From UHGV virus genome UHGV-1547097: a stretch of 10,067 nt of DNA; one strand, written 5' to 3'. How positions within the stretch are numbered: position 1 is the stretch's first letter; each line of letters starts with the position of its first letter. Made by a program: the position numbers and the translations under genes. The notes beneath the pieces were generated by a model. The model searched no databases. It worked only from the letters and a program-made list of their open reading frames with translations, and had not been told where the DNA came from. Source of the stretch: a virus. Below, piece after piece: positions 1 to 6,947 of this stretch.

Positions 1-206
1 GAATACTCCTCAGGTTTTTTCTGCTTCAGACGAGCAAGACAGTTTTCAATGATAAGTCCGTCATCATCGCAGCAGGCCGGACGTGGTTTAGTGGCAGATG
101 GTAAAAGTCCTTTGAATCCGGCAGCGATCGGAGAATAGTCCACCCCGGTGTTACCACTTGCAGCCCATGCCCCCCAGCGTTCAAGAACCATCTGAATATC
201 ACGCAT
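1..206 (-). CDS. Late-gene antitermination protein Q (QuuD/Q-family), N-terminal 68 codons; gene continues beyond window start
   Basis: Reverse-strand ATG at 206-204, preceded by GGAGA 6 nt upstream. Translation [68 protein letters not shown] stays open to position 1. The N-terminus matches my recollection of E. coli prophage Q (QuuD-type) proteins. Not in the ORF track because there is no stop within the window. Confidence 0.75.
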   Translation of the reverse strand, partial: MRDIQMVLERWGAWAASGNTGVDYSPIAAGFKGLLPSATKPRPACCDDDGLIIENCLARLKQKKPEEY

Positions 207-223
207 CAACTTTCTCCACAAAA

Positions 224-478
224 TCAGGACAGCACACCAATCGCCAGCGCGCGATCGATAAAACGAAATATCAGCTCCAGTTGGGAGCCATACTTCTCTT
301 CAAATGCCACGGTATCCGCATGCAGTTCGTCATGGTGTTTTCTGCACAAAGGCAACACAAAAAGGTCATGCGCTTTTGTACCCATTCCACCCTGACCATG
401 ACCAATCAGGTGATGAGGATCGTCGGCTGGCTTACCACAACATGCACACGGCTGCGTCTTAACCCAGCGCGTGTACTT
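224..478 (-). pseudogene. C-terminal Cys/His-rich domain (DUF968-like) in the same frame as the upstream 246-aa ORF, cut off from it by an in-frame TAA at 479-481; no start codon or RBS of its own
   Basis: Translation directly after the TAA: [84 protein letters not shown], ending at TGA (226-224). The only internal ATG has no usable Shine-Dalgarno spacing. Confidence 0.5.
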
Positions 479-1219
479 TTAGTTAACCCAGCGGCGACGT
501 TTTGGGCGTAACATAAAAGACTCCGGCGACTCCGGATCCACTTTCAGCGCCAGCACCTTTTTCGCCTTATCCTGGATGATGCTGGTGGCAGGAACCGAAG
601 GCACAAGGTCACTTTCCCGGGTGACAGACGGCACAACAGGCTTCGGTAATCTCAGTGCCTTACGGGCTGCACTTTCCGGTAAGGCATCCGCCAGGTCATT
701 ACGAACCAGCCACCAGCACAGTTCCGGCATTGTCACAACGTGACTGTCATCAAAACCGAGATCCCGACGCACGACAGACAACACCCAGCGGGCACAGTTA
801 TCCGTTGCCATTGATTCCAGCCGTTCCGTGAATTGATCGCGCAGCTGGTTATCGCAGTGCCAGCACAGACGGATTGCGCCCGGAGCGTGTCGCATTGTAG
901 TCATGTTCTCGCTGTGCCAGTCGGAATGAGGCCACTGGCAGCCTTTTTCACGAAGTAACCAGCTTTCAAGACATTCCACGCCACCAGCACGACGGATCAC
1001 TGCCTCATTGCGGAACACGGCCCGAACGGCAGGATCATCCGCCAGCGGTTGTGATGCCGCCGGAACGGCACCACTGGCGAAAGATGAATAACGTTCCGGC
1101 TCAGGCTCCAGCAGGACACGCCCCTGCATAAACAGGGGCATCAGCTCTGAACCTGGTCTGAACAATACGATCCCCATACGCGGGGCAATTTCAGGGGGCA
1201 GTAGTGCTCTCACAGTCAC
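479..1219 (-). CDS. Phage protein, probable N-terminal body of a DUF968/YdfU-like protein (246-aa reading frame ending at in-frame TAA)
   Basis: ORF with GTG start at 1219 (alternative GTG at 1213 has GAGG 5 nt upstream). Contains a CWHC motif. Sits immediately upstream of Q, where DUF968 (YdfU-like) genes lie in E. coli lambdoid prophages as I recall. The family assignment is from memory and position, not a search. Confidence 0.55.
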   Translation of the reverse strand: MTVRALLPPEIAPRMGIVLFRPGSELMPLFMQGRVLLEPEPERYSSFASGAVPAASQPLADDPAVRAVFRNEAVIRRAGGVECLESWLLREKGCQWPHSDWHSENMTTMRHAPGAIRLCWHCDNQLRDQFTERLESMATDNCARWVLSVVRRDLGFDDSHVVTMPELCWWLVRNDLADALPESAARKALRLPKPVVPSVTRESDLVPSVPATSIIQDKAKKVLALKVDPESPESFMLRPKRRRWVN

Positions 1220-1220
1220 C

Positions 1221-2063
1221 TCAATGAACGGTATCGAGCAGCTTTAACAGCTCAGGGAATCGGGATTCGAAGAAATGCGGCTGCGTCTCGCGCGGATTTG
1301 CGGGACTGGTGATGTTCTTGCCGAACATGCAGCCTTTCGCTGTCAGCGACCAGAATTTTTTGATGTTGTTAATCGCGGTACGGCTGTATCGTTCGCGCTG
1401 CTCGACGATCCCCAGCTTCACCATCTGGTGATATGCCTGATTAGCCGTCAGGCGGATACCATACTTTTTCAGCAGTGCACTCAGTGACAGTGTCGGGCGA
1501 CTTGAGCCATCGTGTGCATCAGCAGGCGCATCAATGGCATAGCGCGGTGCCAGATTCGGTAAGCCAACAGCCTCCTGAAGTTTCTGACAGGCACCAAGCA
1601 CTGATGAGTTAGACAGATTTAACTCCCGGCGCATAAAGTCCAGCAGAATCACGCCAGCCTGCATCTTGTCAGCAGCCTGCCCGGATAATTTTTCCGGTGC
1701 GCTGGTTACCATGTCGAAAGTGCGGATCACCTTCAGATGGAATGACGGGCTGATCCACATTGCATAGGCATACACCAGTTCCTTACAGACATATGTTCCG
1801 CCATTCCGCCCTTCTATTTTACTGACAGGTTTACTACCCAAATTTTGGGTAGTTTCATTGAATGAACCGACACCCAGATTTTGGGTATCGATCAATTCCT
1901 GAACCAGCTCAGTAATCTGTTGGCTGGAAAGAAACTTTCCCGGCTCCTTGGTTCTGGCATTTGCACCAGATGCTACTGCTGCGCGATGCAGATCGTTCAG
2001 GCTATAACGTCCATAAGCATCACGACGAACTTCAATACCATCAATGACCATCAGATTATTCAT
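1221..2063 (-). CDS. KilA-N domain protein with antirepressor-like C-terminal region (Roi-like DNA-binding protein)
   Basis: 280-aa ORF, ATG at 2063, AGGAG 9 nt upstream. The N-terminal ~110 aa (MNNLMVIDGIEVRRDAYGRYSLNDLHRAAVASG ... KELVYAYAMWISPSFHLKVIRTFD) looks like a KilA-N fold. Position between rusA and Q matches roi-type genes. Confidence 0.6.
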   Translation of the reverse strand: MNNLMVIDGIEVRRDAYGRYSLNDLHRAAVASGANARTKEPGKFLSSQQITELVQELIDTQNLGVGSFNETTQNLGSKPVSKIEGRNGGTYVCKELVYAYAMWISPSFHLKVIRTFDMVTSAPEKLSGQAADKMQAGVILLDFMRRELNLSNSSVLGACQKLQEAVGLPNLAPRYAIDAPADAHDGSSRPTLSLSALLKKYGIRLTANQAYHQMVKLGIVEQRERYSRTAINNIKKFWSLTAKGCMFGKNITSPANPRETQPHFFESRFPELLKLLDTVH

Positions 2064-2082
2064 ACTTCGTTTCTCCTCTTAA

Positions 2083-2472
2083 TCAGGCGGCTGCACCCGC
2101 CGTTTTCTCGTACTTACTGATAGTGATCTCGACCTTCCCTTCCGGGATAACCGGTCCCCACTCCACCAGCATTCTTTTCACCTGACTGTCGTCTTCCCAC
2201 ACACCCGCGTGGGTCAGGGCGTCAAACAGCGCCTTGTTATAGTTGTCCAGATCGCGGATCCGGTTATCCGGAGGAAACAACACGATCTCCACTGAAGCAG
2301 GTGCCGACGTTGGTTTCGGCAGACGACGTAACTGCTCAACTATTGCTGCGCACGCCGCGCTCTGGAATTTGCGCCCCGCCGCGCTTATCAGGCTCTTACC
2401 AGCAAACGCCCCTTTGTTGGGGTGTCGCCAGTACGTGTTCACGCTGGGCGGAAAAGGCAGGATCAGCTTCAT
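2083..2472 (-). CDS. rusA: Crossover junction endodeoxyribonuclease RusA (Holliday junction resolvase)
   Basis: 129 aa. Motifs shared with E. coli RusA: LPxPPSxNxYxRH near the N-terminus, DxDNxxKAxFDALTxAGxWxDDxQV in the centre, LEITI-like C-terminus. Start ATG overlaps the upstream stop (ATGA). Confidence 0.85.
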   Translation of the reverse strand: MKLILPFPPSVNTYWRHPNKGAFAGKSLISAAGRKFQSAACAAIVEQLRRLPKPTSAPASVEIVLFPPDNRIRDLDNYNKALFDALTHAGVWEDDSQVKRMLVEWGPVIPEGKVEITISKYEKTAGAAA

Positions 2473-2795
2473 ACTTTCAGGCCCCTCTCATGTAACCAGT
2501 GGGCTGCACGCAGCCTGGCGTTTTCCTCACCGGCAAGCAGTGAGCGGATAATCCCGGCCGCCTCGCTGTCGTCGTCCTTCACCGCGGTATGAAGAGTGAT
2601 ACCCCGGGCCACGCCACGCTTTATCGTGATGACGCCTTTTTTCTCCAGTGCGCGAAGATGCTCCACCGCTGCATTCACTGAACGGTATCCCAGCATGGTT
2701 GCCACCTCCTGATTGGTTGGCGGAAAGCCACGCTCTTTCTGGTAAGAAATCAGCATATCCAGCACCTGCTGCTGGCATTGAGTTAACGTCGTCAT
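2469..2795 (-). CDS. LexA-like N-terminal DNA-binding domain protein with no S24 peptidase domain
   Basis: 108 aa. Residues 1-70 (MTTLTQCQQQVLDMLISYQKERGFPPTNQEVATMLGYRSVNAAVEHLRALEKKGVITIKRGVARGITL) align with the LexA winged-helix DBD (LTxRQQEVxDxIxxxxxxxGxPPTxxEIAxxLGFRSPNAAEEHLKALxRKGVIEI...RGI). The C-terminal 38 aa are unrelated to the protease domain. ATGA overlaps with both neighbours. Confidence 0.75.
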   Translation of the reverse strand: MTTLTQCQQQVLDMLISYQKERGFPPTNQEVATMLGYRSVNAAVEHLRALEKKGVITIKRGVARGITLHTAVKDDDSEAAGIIRSLLAGEENARLRAAHWLHERGLKV

Positions 2796-3445
2796 GCCGC
2801 CATCTCCCTGACCAATTTTTCTGCCTGCTGGCGAACCTGCGCCAGAAAGGCCTCACCACATGCCTCAAGTTCATCGCGCCCGATGTAGCTGATTGCCGCT
2901 CCCTTCCAGGTCTTATCGAAAACAGCAATAGCACCAGCGAAGAACGCTCCTGTCGGCACCTGCTTCTCATCCTTCGGGATAAACCAGACAGGCAGTTCAA
3001 AACCAATACGCCCGCGAATAAAAGCAATATGGTCCGCATCTTCCGGCCACCACACTTCGCTGGTGGCAGCTTTGATCAGGAAAACATAGCGCCCGCCCTT
3101 ATCACGCATGGAACTGGCATGTTTCATGATGTAACGCATGCCGGTGATGTATTGCCCCTCATGCTGACTGGCGCGGCTGTACGGGGGATTGCCAAAGGCA
3201 GCACCTTTAAGCTCCGCAAGACGTTCTGACCAGTCATGCGCCAGCGCATTGTCTTCCGCCGTGTAATACGCGGCACATTTGGCGTTATCACCGTCAGTAA
3301 ACAGATCCAGAACAAACGGGCCAAACAGGGTGTTAATTCCCCAGAAAATGTTGTCCGGCGTGCGCCACTGATCGCCCACTTCCTTCAGTTCATGGGCTGG
3401 TTTGTTCCGCAGTTCCACCAGCGCCTGGCAATATTTATTACTCAT
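2792..3445 (-). CDS. Phage N6-adenine DNA methyltransferase (Dam-like, small phage Dam family)
   Basis: ATG at 3445 overlaps upstream stop (TAATG); GGGGG 4 nt upstream. Contains the catalytic NPPY motif (FGNPPYS) and a WRTP motif. The ORF track extends to a GTG at 3478, which I consider less likely. Confidence 0.8.
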   Translation of the reverse strand: MSNKYCQALVELRNKPAHELKEVGDQWRTPDNIFWGINTLFGPFVLDLFTDGDNAKCAAYYTAEDNALAHDWSERLAELKGAAFGNPPYSRASQHEGQYITGMRYIMKHASSMRDKGGRYVFLIKAATSEVWWPEDADHIAFIRGRIGFELPVWFIPKDEKQVPTGAFFAGAIAVFDKTWKGAAISYIGRDELEACGEAFLAQVRQQAEKLVREMAA

Positions 3446-3933
3446 TAAGCCCCCACGTAATTCCCTGACAGATACCACTCTTCACCCGATGCAGCGCGCT
3501 TGCTGCTTTTCCGTAAGCACCGCTCACGACGCGTCAGAAAATTGTTTCGTTCTGGCTGGGAGTGGCTTTCACGGAATGCCGCCATCCACACGGTTGCAGC
3601 ACGACGGTATAAGCCCCTTGACTCCAGTTCTTCAGCCTGGCGGGTCAGGCACAAAATCACCCGGGGATCGTTAGTGCCGACATAGAAATTGCGCACAGGT
3701 CTGGTTTCTCGAACTGGTTGTGGTTCCGGCCCCTGCGCTCTCTCAGTCAGGCGCGGGAAATGTCTGCGTGTATCTCCTTCACAACGGTGAGCCACACGCC
3801 CACTCTGACGTAACTTGCTTGCTGACTGCAGAACGCGCTGCCGTGAGTAACCAGCAAAAGCATCCGCAATGTCTCCGGAAGTGCACCCCGGATGGGCTTC
3901 AATGAATTTCTGAACGTCATTTAACAGACTCAT
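3445..3933 (-). CDS. YfdN-like phage protein of unknown function, in the position usually held by a helicase loader
   Basis: ATG at 3933 with GGGGGTG Shine-Dalgarno upstream (the track starts at GTG 3939). Start overlaps the initiator stop; stop overlaps the Dam start. No Walker A motif visible. Resemblance to E. coli K-12 CPS-53 YfdN is from memory. Confidence 0.55.
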   Translation of the reverse strand: MSLLNDVQKFIEAHPGCTSGDIADAFAGYSRQRVLQSASKLRQSGRVAHRCEGDTRRHFPRLTERAQGPEPQPVRETRPVRNFYVGTNDPRVILCLTRQAEELESRGLYRRAATVWMAAFRESHSQPERNNFLTRRERCLRKSSKRAASGEEWYLSGNYVGA

Positions 3934-3935
3934 GA

Positions 3936-4877
3936 TCACCCCCTAAATCCTGCCGGGATCTGGCTGTAGTCCACGTTGTCGTAACTGGCTTTGAAGTACG
4001 GGTCTTCACGTTTTTGTGTGTGCGTGCTGACGGACGGCGATAAGCGCAGGGAAAGCTCATCCCATTTTTCCCGCAACTTCGACGGGCTGAGCACGTTACG
4101 GCACCAGAACGGATCGCGGCTGACGCGGCTGTACATCTCGCAGATTTGTTTGTGAGTACGACCATCCTGCACACACATCAGGCGAATTTCGTTTGCCCAG
4201 GCTGTCCAGTTAGGTTCTTTGGGACGAACCACCTCGCCGTCACATTCGGCGGCCTGCTCGTACAGGGCGATGATTTTTTTCCAAAGCCACTGTGCGCAGG
4301 TCAAATCATCCTGCGTCCCCCACTGGCACTTTTTAGGGCTGAATACAACCGCATCAGGATGGCGAGTTAAAAAATCCTGTTCATCCGTCTGCGTGTCCGG
4401 TTGCGAAGCGTCCGGACGAGAAGGTTTTTTATCTGACGGATCATGTTTTGATTTTACTGACGGATCCCCGCCAGATTCTGACGGGTGAAAACCCGCTTTT
4501 TTGCCAGATTTCGACGCATCAAATTTTGACGGGTCAGATTTTGATGCATCAGATTTTGACGGGTCAGAATCTGACAGTTGAGAAAATGCCGCTGCCTGAA
4601 GCTTCGCAACGTTAAGCTGATAAACATTCGACGCATTGCGGTTACCCTGGCGACGCGCCTTACGCGTTAACCAGCCTTCTGCTTCCAGCCGTGCGATAGC
4701 CGTTCTGACGGTACTCATCCCCGCGCCAATCTGGCGGGCAATGGTTTCAATCGATGGCCAGCACACACCTTCGTCATTACTGAAATCAGCCAGGCGGGCC
4801 ATAATTGCCACGCTGGATAATTTCATGCCTGACGCTGCGCAACCATCCCATACATAGCCGGTTAATTTAGTGCTCAT
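3936..4877 (-). CDS. Phage replication initiation protein (O-like): N-terminal winged-helix HTH, acidic Ser/Asp repeat linker, C-terminal domain
   Basis: 313 aa, ATG at 4877 with GAGG 6 nt upstream. N-terminal segment SSVAIMARLADFSNDEGVCWPSIETIARQIGAGMSTVRTAIARLEAEGWL is typical of replication-initiator HTH domains. The central linker SDSDPSKSDASKSDPSKFDASKS is encoded by the iteron array. Confidence 0.8.
   Translation of the reverse strand: MSTKLTGYVWDGCAASGMKLSSVAIMARLADFSNDEGVCWPSIETIARQIGAGMSTVRTAIARLEAEGWLTRKARRQGNRNASNVYQLNVAKLQAAAFSQLSDSDPSKSDASKSDPSKFDASKSGKKAGFHPSESGGDPSVKSKHDPSDKKPSRPDASQPDTQTDEQDFLTRHPDAVVFSPKKCQWGTQDDLTCAQWLWKKIIALYEQAAECDGEVVRPKEPNWTAWANEIRLMCVQDGRTHKQICEMYSRVSRDPFWCRNVLSPSKLREKWDELSLRLSPSVSTHTQKREDPYFKASYDNVDYSQIPAGFRG
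4446..4577. repeat. Iteron array (candidate replication origin) inside the initiator gene
   Basis: Tandem ~15-bp units on the + strand: AGATTCTGACGGGTGA (4473-4488), AGATTTCGACGCATCA (4506-4521), AATTTTGACGGGTCAG (4522-4537), ATTTTGATGCATCAG (4538-4552), ATTTTGACGGGTCAG (4553-4567), plus degenerate copies at 4446-4466 and 4568-4577. Each unit has a palindromic core (TGACGGGTCA or TGATGCATCA). Confidence 0.75.
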
Positions 4878-4886
4878 GACCGACCT

Positions 4887-5225
4887 CTATTTCCCTGAAT
4901 TTACGACAAAACTGTTCGAGCGGACTGAAGCACTCATGCTCATAGCCTTCGCGGAGGTAGATAACCCGTTGTGTTTCCGGTTCCCAACGAATGACTCTGA
5001 CGGGCACTCCGTAGTGATCTTTGAACCAGCGGTTAACTTGTCGCAAAGGACTGTCTCCTTCTGCCGGTTGAAATCACCCACAGCCCACTCAGCAAAGCTG
5101 TGGGTTACAATTTCCCTGTCACCTGGTACATTCACTGCATAGCAATATTCCACCTTCGCTTTTCCACCCGGTACAGGAAGCGCAATCAGTTGCGAGCGAC
5201 GGTAGTGTGTTGTTAAACTGTTCAT
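4887..5225 (-). CDS. Hypothetical early-operon protein (112 aa)
   Basis: ATG at 5225 overlaps upstream stop (ATGA), GGAGA 9 nt upstream; stop TAG lies 9 nt before the initiator ATG, giving a tight operon fit. No family recognised; the C-terminal third is Ser-rich. Confidence 0.5.
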   Translation of the reverse strand: MNSLTTHYRRSQLIALPVPGGKAKVEYCYAVNVPGDREIVTHSFAEWAVGDFNRQKETVLCDKLTAGSKITTECPSESFVGNRKHNGLSTSAKAMSMSASVRSNSFVVNSGK

Positions 5226-5836
5226 GCGTTAGTTTCTCCACAACCAGAAGCAATCGACGCCACGACGCCCGGAGCTGCACACTCGCGGGCGTCATTACTT
5301 TCTGAAATGCAAAAGATTTTGTAGACAAGTGCTGCATGCTCCTGCAGCTTCGAAATTGAGAGATACAGCTCGTCGTTAATTGCTGTCTTCTCATGCGGTT
5401 CCACTACACCGTCTTCGATTGCTGAACGAATCTGTTTTGAATAACTGCCGATCTGTTCAATGACTTCCAGCAGACGCTGGTTAATATCGGCGTTGTCCAC
5501 ATCCTCGACGTCAGGAAGAGACACAAAGACGCCATTTGCAGACTGCGCCACAGCGTCAGCAATGAAGTGAGTTCCACCAGCACGTTGCAAAATCATTGCC
5601 CATCCCAGCGGGAAAATCTGATCGCCATCGGCACGAAGGCGGTTAAATAATGCGTTCTCTGTTACATCCAGCCAGTCAGCTGCTTCAGCGTAACCACCCG
5701 GCAACTTTGCGATAGTTTTTCTGACAGCTTTCACGTACCACTCAGGCTGTTTTTCTACTTTCCAGTGATGCTTACCCACGGTTAGCCTCATCGTTCTGTG
5801 GTTTCTGTTAATCGATTTATCCATTAGATTTTTCAT
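5222..5836 (-). CDS. Early regulatory protein in the cII position (possibly CII/YdaT-like); start uncertain
   Basis: Open frame from 5893 (GTG) to 5222. Candidate ATG starts at 5836, 5824 and 5791, none with a strong Shine-Dalgarno. First gene after cro in the early-right operon. Functional assignment is by position only. Confidence 0.45.
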   Translation of the reverse strand: MKNLMDKSINRNHRTMRLTVGKHHWKVEKQPEWYVKAVRKTIAKLPGGYAEAADWLDVTENALFNRLRADGDQIFPLGWAMILQRAGGTHFIADAVAQSANGVFVSLPDVEDVDNADINQRLLEVIEQIGSYSKQIRSAIEDGVVEPHEKTAINDELYLSISKLQEHAALVYKIFCISESNDARECAAPGVVASIASGCGETNA

Positions 5837-6017
5837 AAAGCTCAGGTTTAAATGGCAACCGTCCGCAAGTTCTATATGCAGCTTCTGCTGCACGTCCTTT
5901 TGGAATTAACTGGCCCGGACGGTTTCGCCACTGATAAACGGCTTCAGTTGTTATGCCGAAAAAAGCAGCAACTTTCTCAATACTGCCGAAGTAGCTTTCG
6001 ATATCGTCAGTTGTCAT
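5817..6017 (-). CDS. cro: Cro-like HTH repressor
   Basis: 66 aa, ATG at 6017 with GGAGA 4 nt upstream. Transcribed divergently from the cI-like gene. HTH-like segment AAFFGITTEAVYQWRNR. Confidence 0.8.
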   Translation of the reverse strand: MTTDDIESYFGSIEKVAAFFGITTEAVYQWRNRPGQLIPKGRAAEAAYRTCGRLPFKPELYEKSNG

Positions 6018-6029
6018 ACGCTCTCCAAA

Positions 6030-6092
6030 CTAAGTTTTGTTAGATGCTAATTACAAATCTATCTTTGGTCAATAAAAACTAAGATTACTTAG
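6030..6092. promoter_or_regulatory. Right operator/promoter switch region: two 14-bp inverted-repeat operator candidates flanking a PR-like promoter
   Basis: Site A CTAAGTTTTGTTAG (6030-6043) and site B CTAAGATTACTTAG (6079-6092). On the - strand, -35 TTGACC (complement of 6067-6072), 17-nt spacer, -10 TAGCAT (complement of 6044-6049), directed toward cro. A PRM-like promoter for cI is presumably here too but not confidently placed. Confidence 0.55.
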
Positions 6093-6114
6093 CAATTAAA
6101 GAAATGGTGCTCCT

Positions 6115-6741
6115 ATGGAAACGGTTGGTCAGCGTATAAAAGCTCTGAGAAGAGTTACCAGAACGTCCCAGAAAGAATTGGGTAAATTTTGTGGAGTAAG
6201 CGACGTTGCTGTGGGGTACTGGGAGAAAGACATCAATACCCCTGGTGGGGAGGCACTTTCGAAATTAGCGAAGTTCTTCAATACGTCAATAGATTACATT
6301 CTTTATGGTGCTGAGTTTGAAGGCAAACTCGTCACAAACATGCGCAGAGTTCCTGTAATATCGTGGGTTCAGGCTGGGCAGTTTACTGAGTGCAGGGCAG
6401 CAGAAGTGTTTAGTGAAGTGGACAAGTGGGTAGATACATCATTAAAGGTTGGTGATAACTCATTTGCATTAGAGGTTAAAGGTGACTCCATGACTAACCC
6501 TAATGGCCTCCCAACAATACCAGAAGGCGCAACAGTGATTGTAGATCCAGATGCAGAACCTCGTCATGGAAAAATAGTCATCGCTCGACTTGATGGAACA
6601 AACGAAGCTACAGTAAAAAAATTAGTCATCGATGGCCCTCAAAAGTTTTTAGTGCCATTAAATCCTCGGTATCCCAACATCCCTATCAATGGTAATTGCC
6701 TTATCATTGGTGTAGTCAAAGGAGTTCAATACGAACTCTAA
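6115..6741 (+). CDS. cI: CI-like prophage repressor (XRE-type HTH plus S24 LexA-like autopeptidase domain)
   Basis: 208 aa. N-terminal HTH (QKELGKFCGVSDVAVGYWEK). Candidate Ala-Gly cleavage site in WVQAGQF. S24 catalytic Ser motif KGDSM and a downstream Lys (TVKKLV). Divergent from cro. Confidence 0.9.
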   Translation: METVGQRIKALRRVTRTSQKELGKFCGVSDVAVGYWEKDINTPGGEALSKLAKFFNTSIDYILYGAEFEGKLVTNMRRVPVISWVQAGQFTECRAAEVFSEVDKWVDTSLKVGDNSFALEVKGDSMTNPNGLPTIPEGATVIVDPDAEPRHGKIVIARLDGTNEATVKKLVIDGPQKFLVPLNPRYPNIPINGNCLIIGVVKGVQYEL

Positions 6742-6794
6742 GACCTCTCTTCTCTAACTAAGGCACCGAACTAAGAAAAGTTTGGTGTTTTCTC

Positions 6795-6823
6795 TTGCCA
6801 TAATAACTAAGTTAAGTTAGATT
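6795..6823 (+). promoter_or_regulatory. Candidate PL-like promoter overlapped by an operator palindrome (OL-like)
   Basis: -35 TTGCCA (6795-6800), 17-nt spacer, -10 TAGATT (6818-6823). Operator-type site C CTAAGTTAAGTTAG (6807-6820) overlaps spacer and -10. Further CTAAG half-sites at 6758-6762 and 6771-6775. Confidence 0.45.
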
Positions 6824-6947
6824 TTATATCAAAGATAACGAACAGGCAGGACGCCCACGAAGTAGCCGCCTGGGGCATATGAAGTCCAGGATGATTCGTT
6901 GAGTCATGTTGTGCCACTAGGCACTCATGTTAAAGCAGGTGTATGAA

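Noticed and set aside
158-511. 117-aa + strand ORF (TTG start)
   Set aside because: Lies antisense across the Q start and the DUF968-like C-terminal segment, has a non-ATG start with no RBS, and a compositionally odd product; taken as a shadow ORF.
1275-2120. + strand ORFs 1275-1487 and 1881-2120
   Set aside because: Both lie fully antisense within the KilA-N gene and its junction with rusA and lack an RBS; the - strand operon reading explains this region.
2243-3324. Overlapping ORFs 2243-2551 (+), 2301-2495 (+), 2527-3039 (-), 2648-3229 (+), 3124-3324 (-)
   Set aside because: All overlap the rusA, LexA-like and Dam genes in alternative frames or antisense, and are Arg/Ser/Cys-rich as expected of off-frame GC-rich translations.
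3236-4636. Overlapping ORFs 3236-3448, 3402-3674, 3500-3685, 3720-3905 (+); 3917-4174, 4454-4636 (-); 4146-4370, 4219-4488 (+)
   Set aside because: Shadow ORFs over the YfdN-like and initiator genes. The repetitive product of 4454-4636 (LTRQNLMHQNLTRQNL...) is just the iteron array read in another frame.
4870-5142. 90-aa + strand ORF with protein-like sequence
   Set aside because: GTG start with no RBS; its first ATG overlaps the initiator start codon on the opposite strand; it is antisense to an ORF that fits the - strand operon precisely (coupled start and stop).
5852-6043. 63-aa + strand ORF across the cro gene and the switch region
   Set aside because: Antisense to cro and running through the operator/promoter region with no RBS; a real gene here would conflict with the divergent switch architecture.
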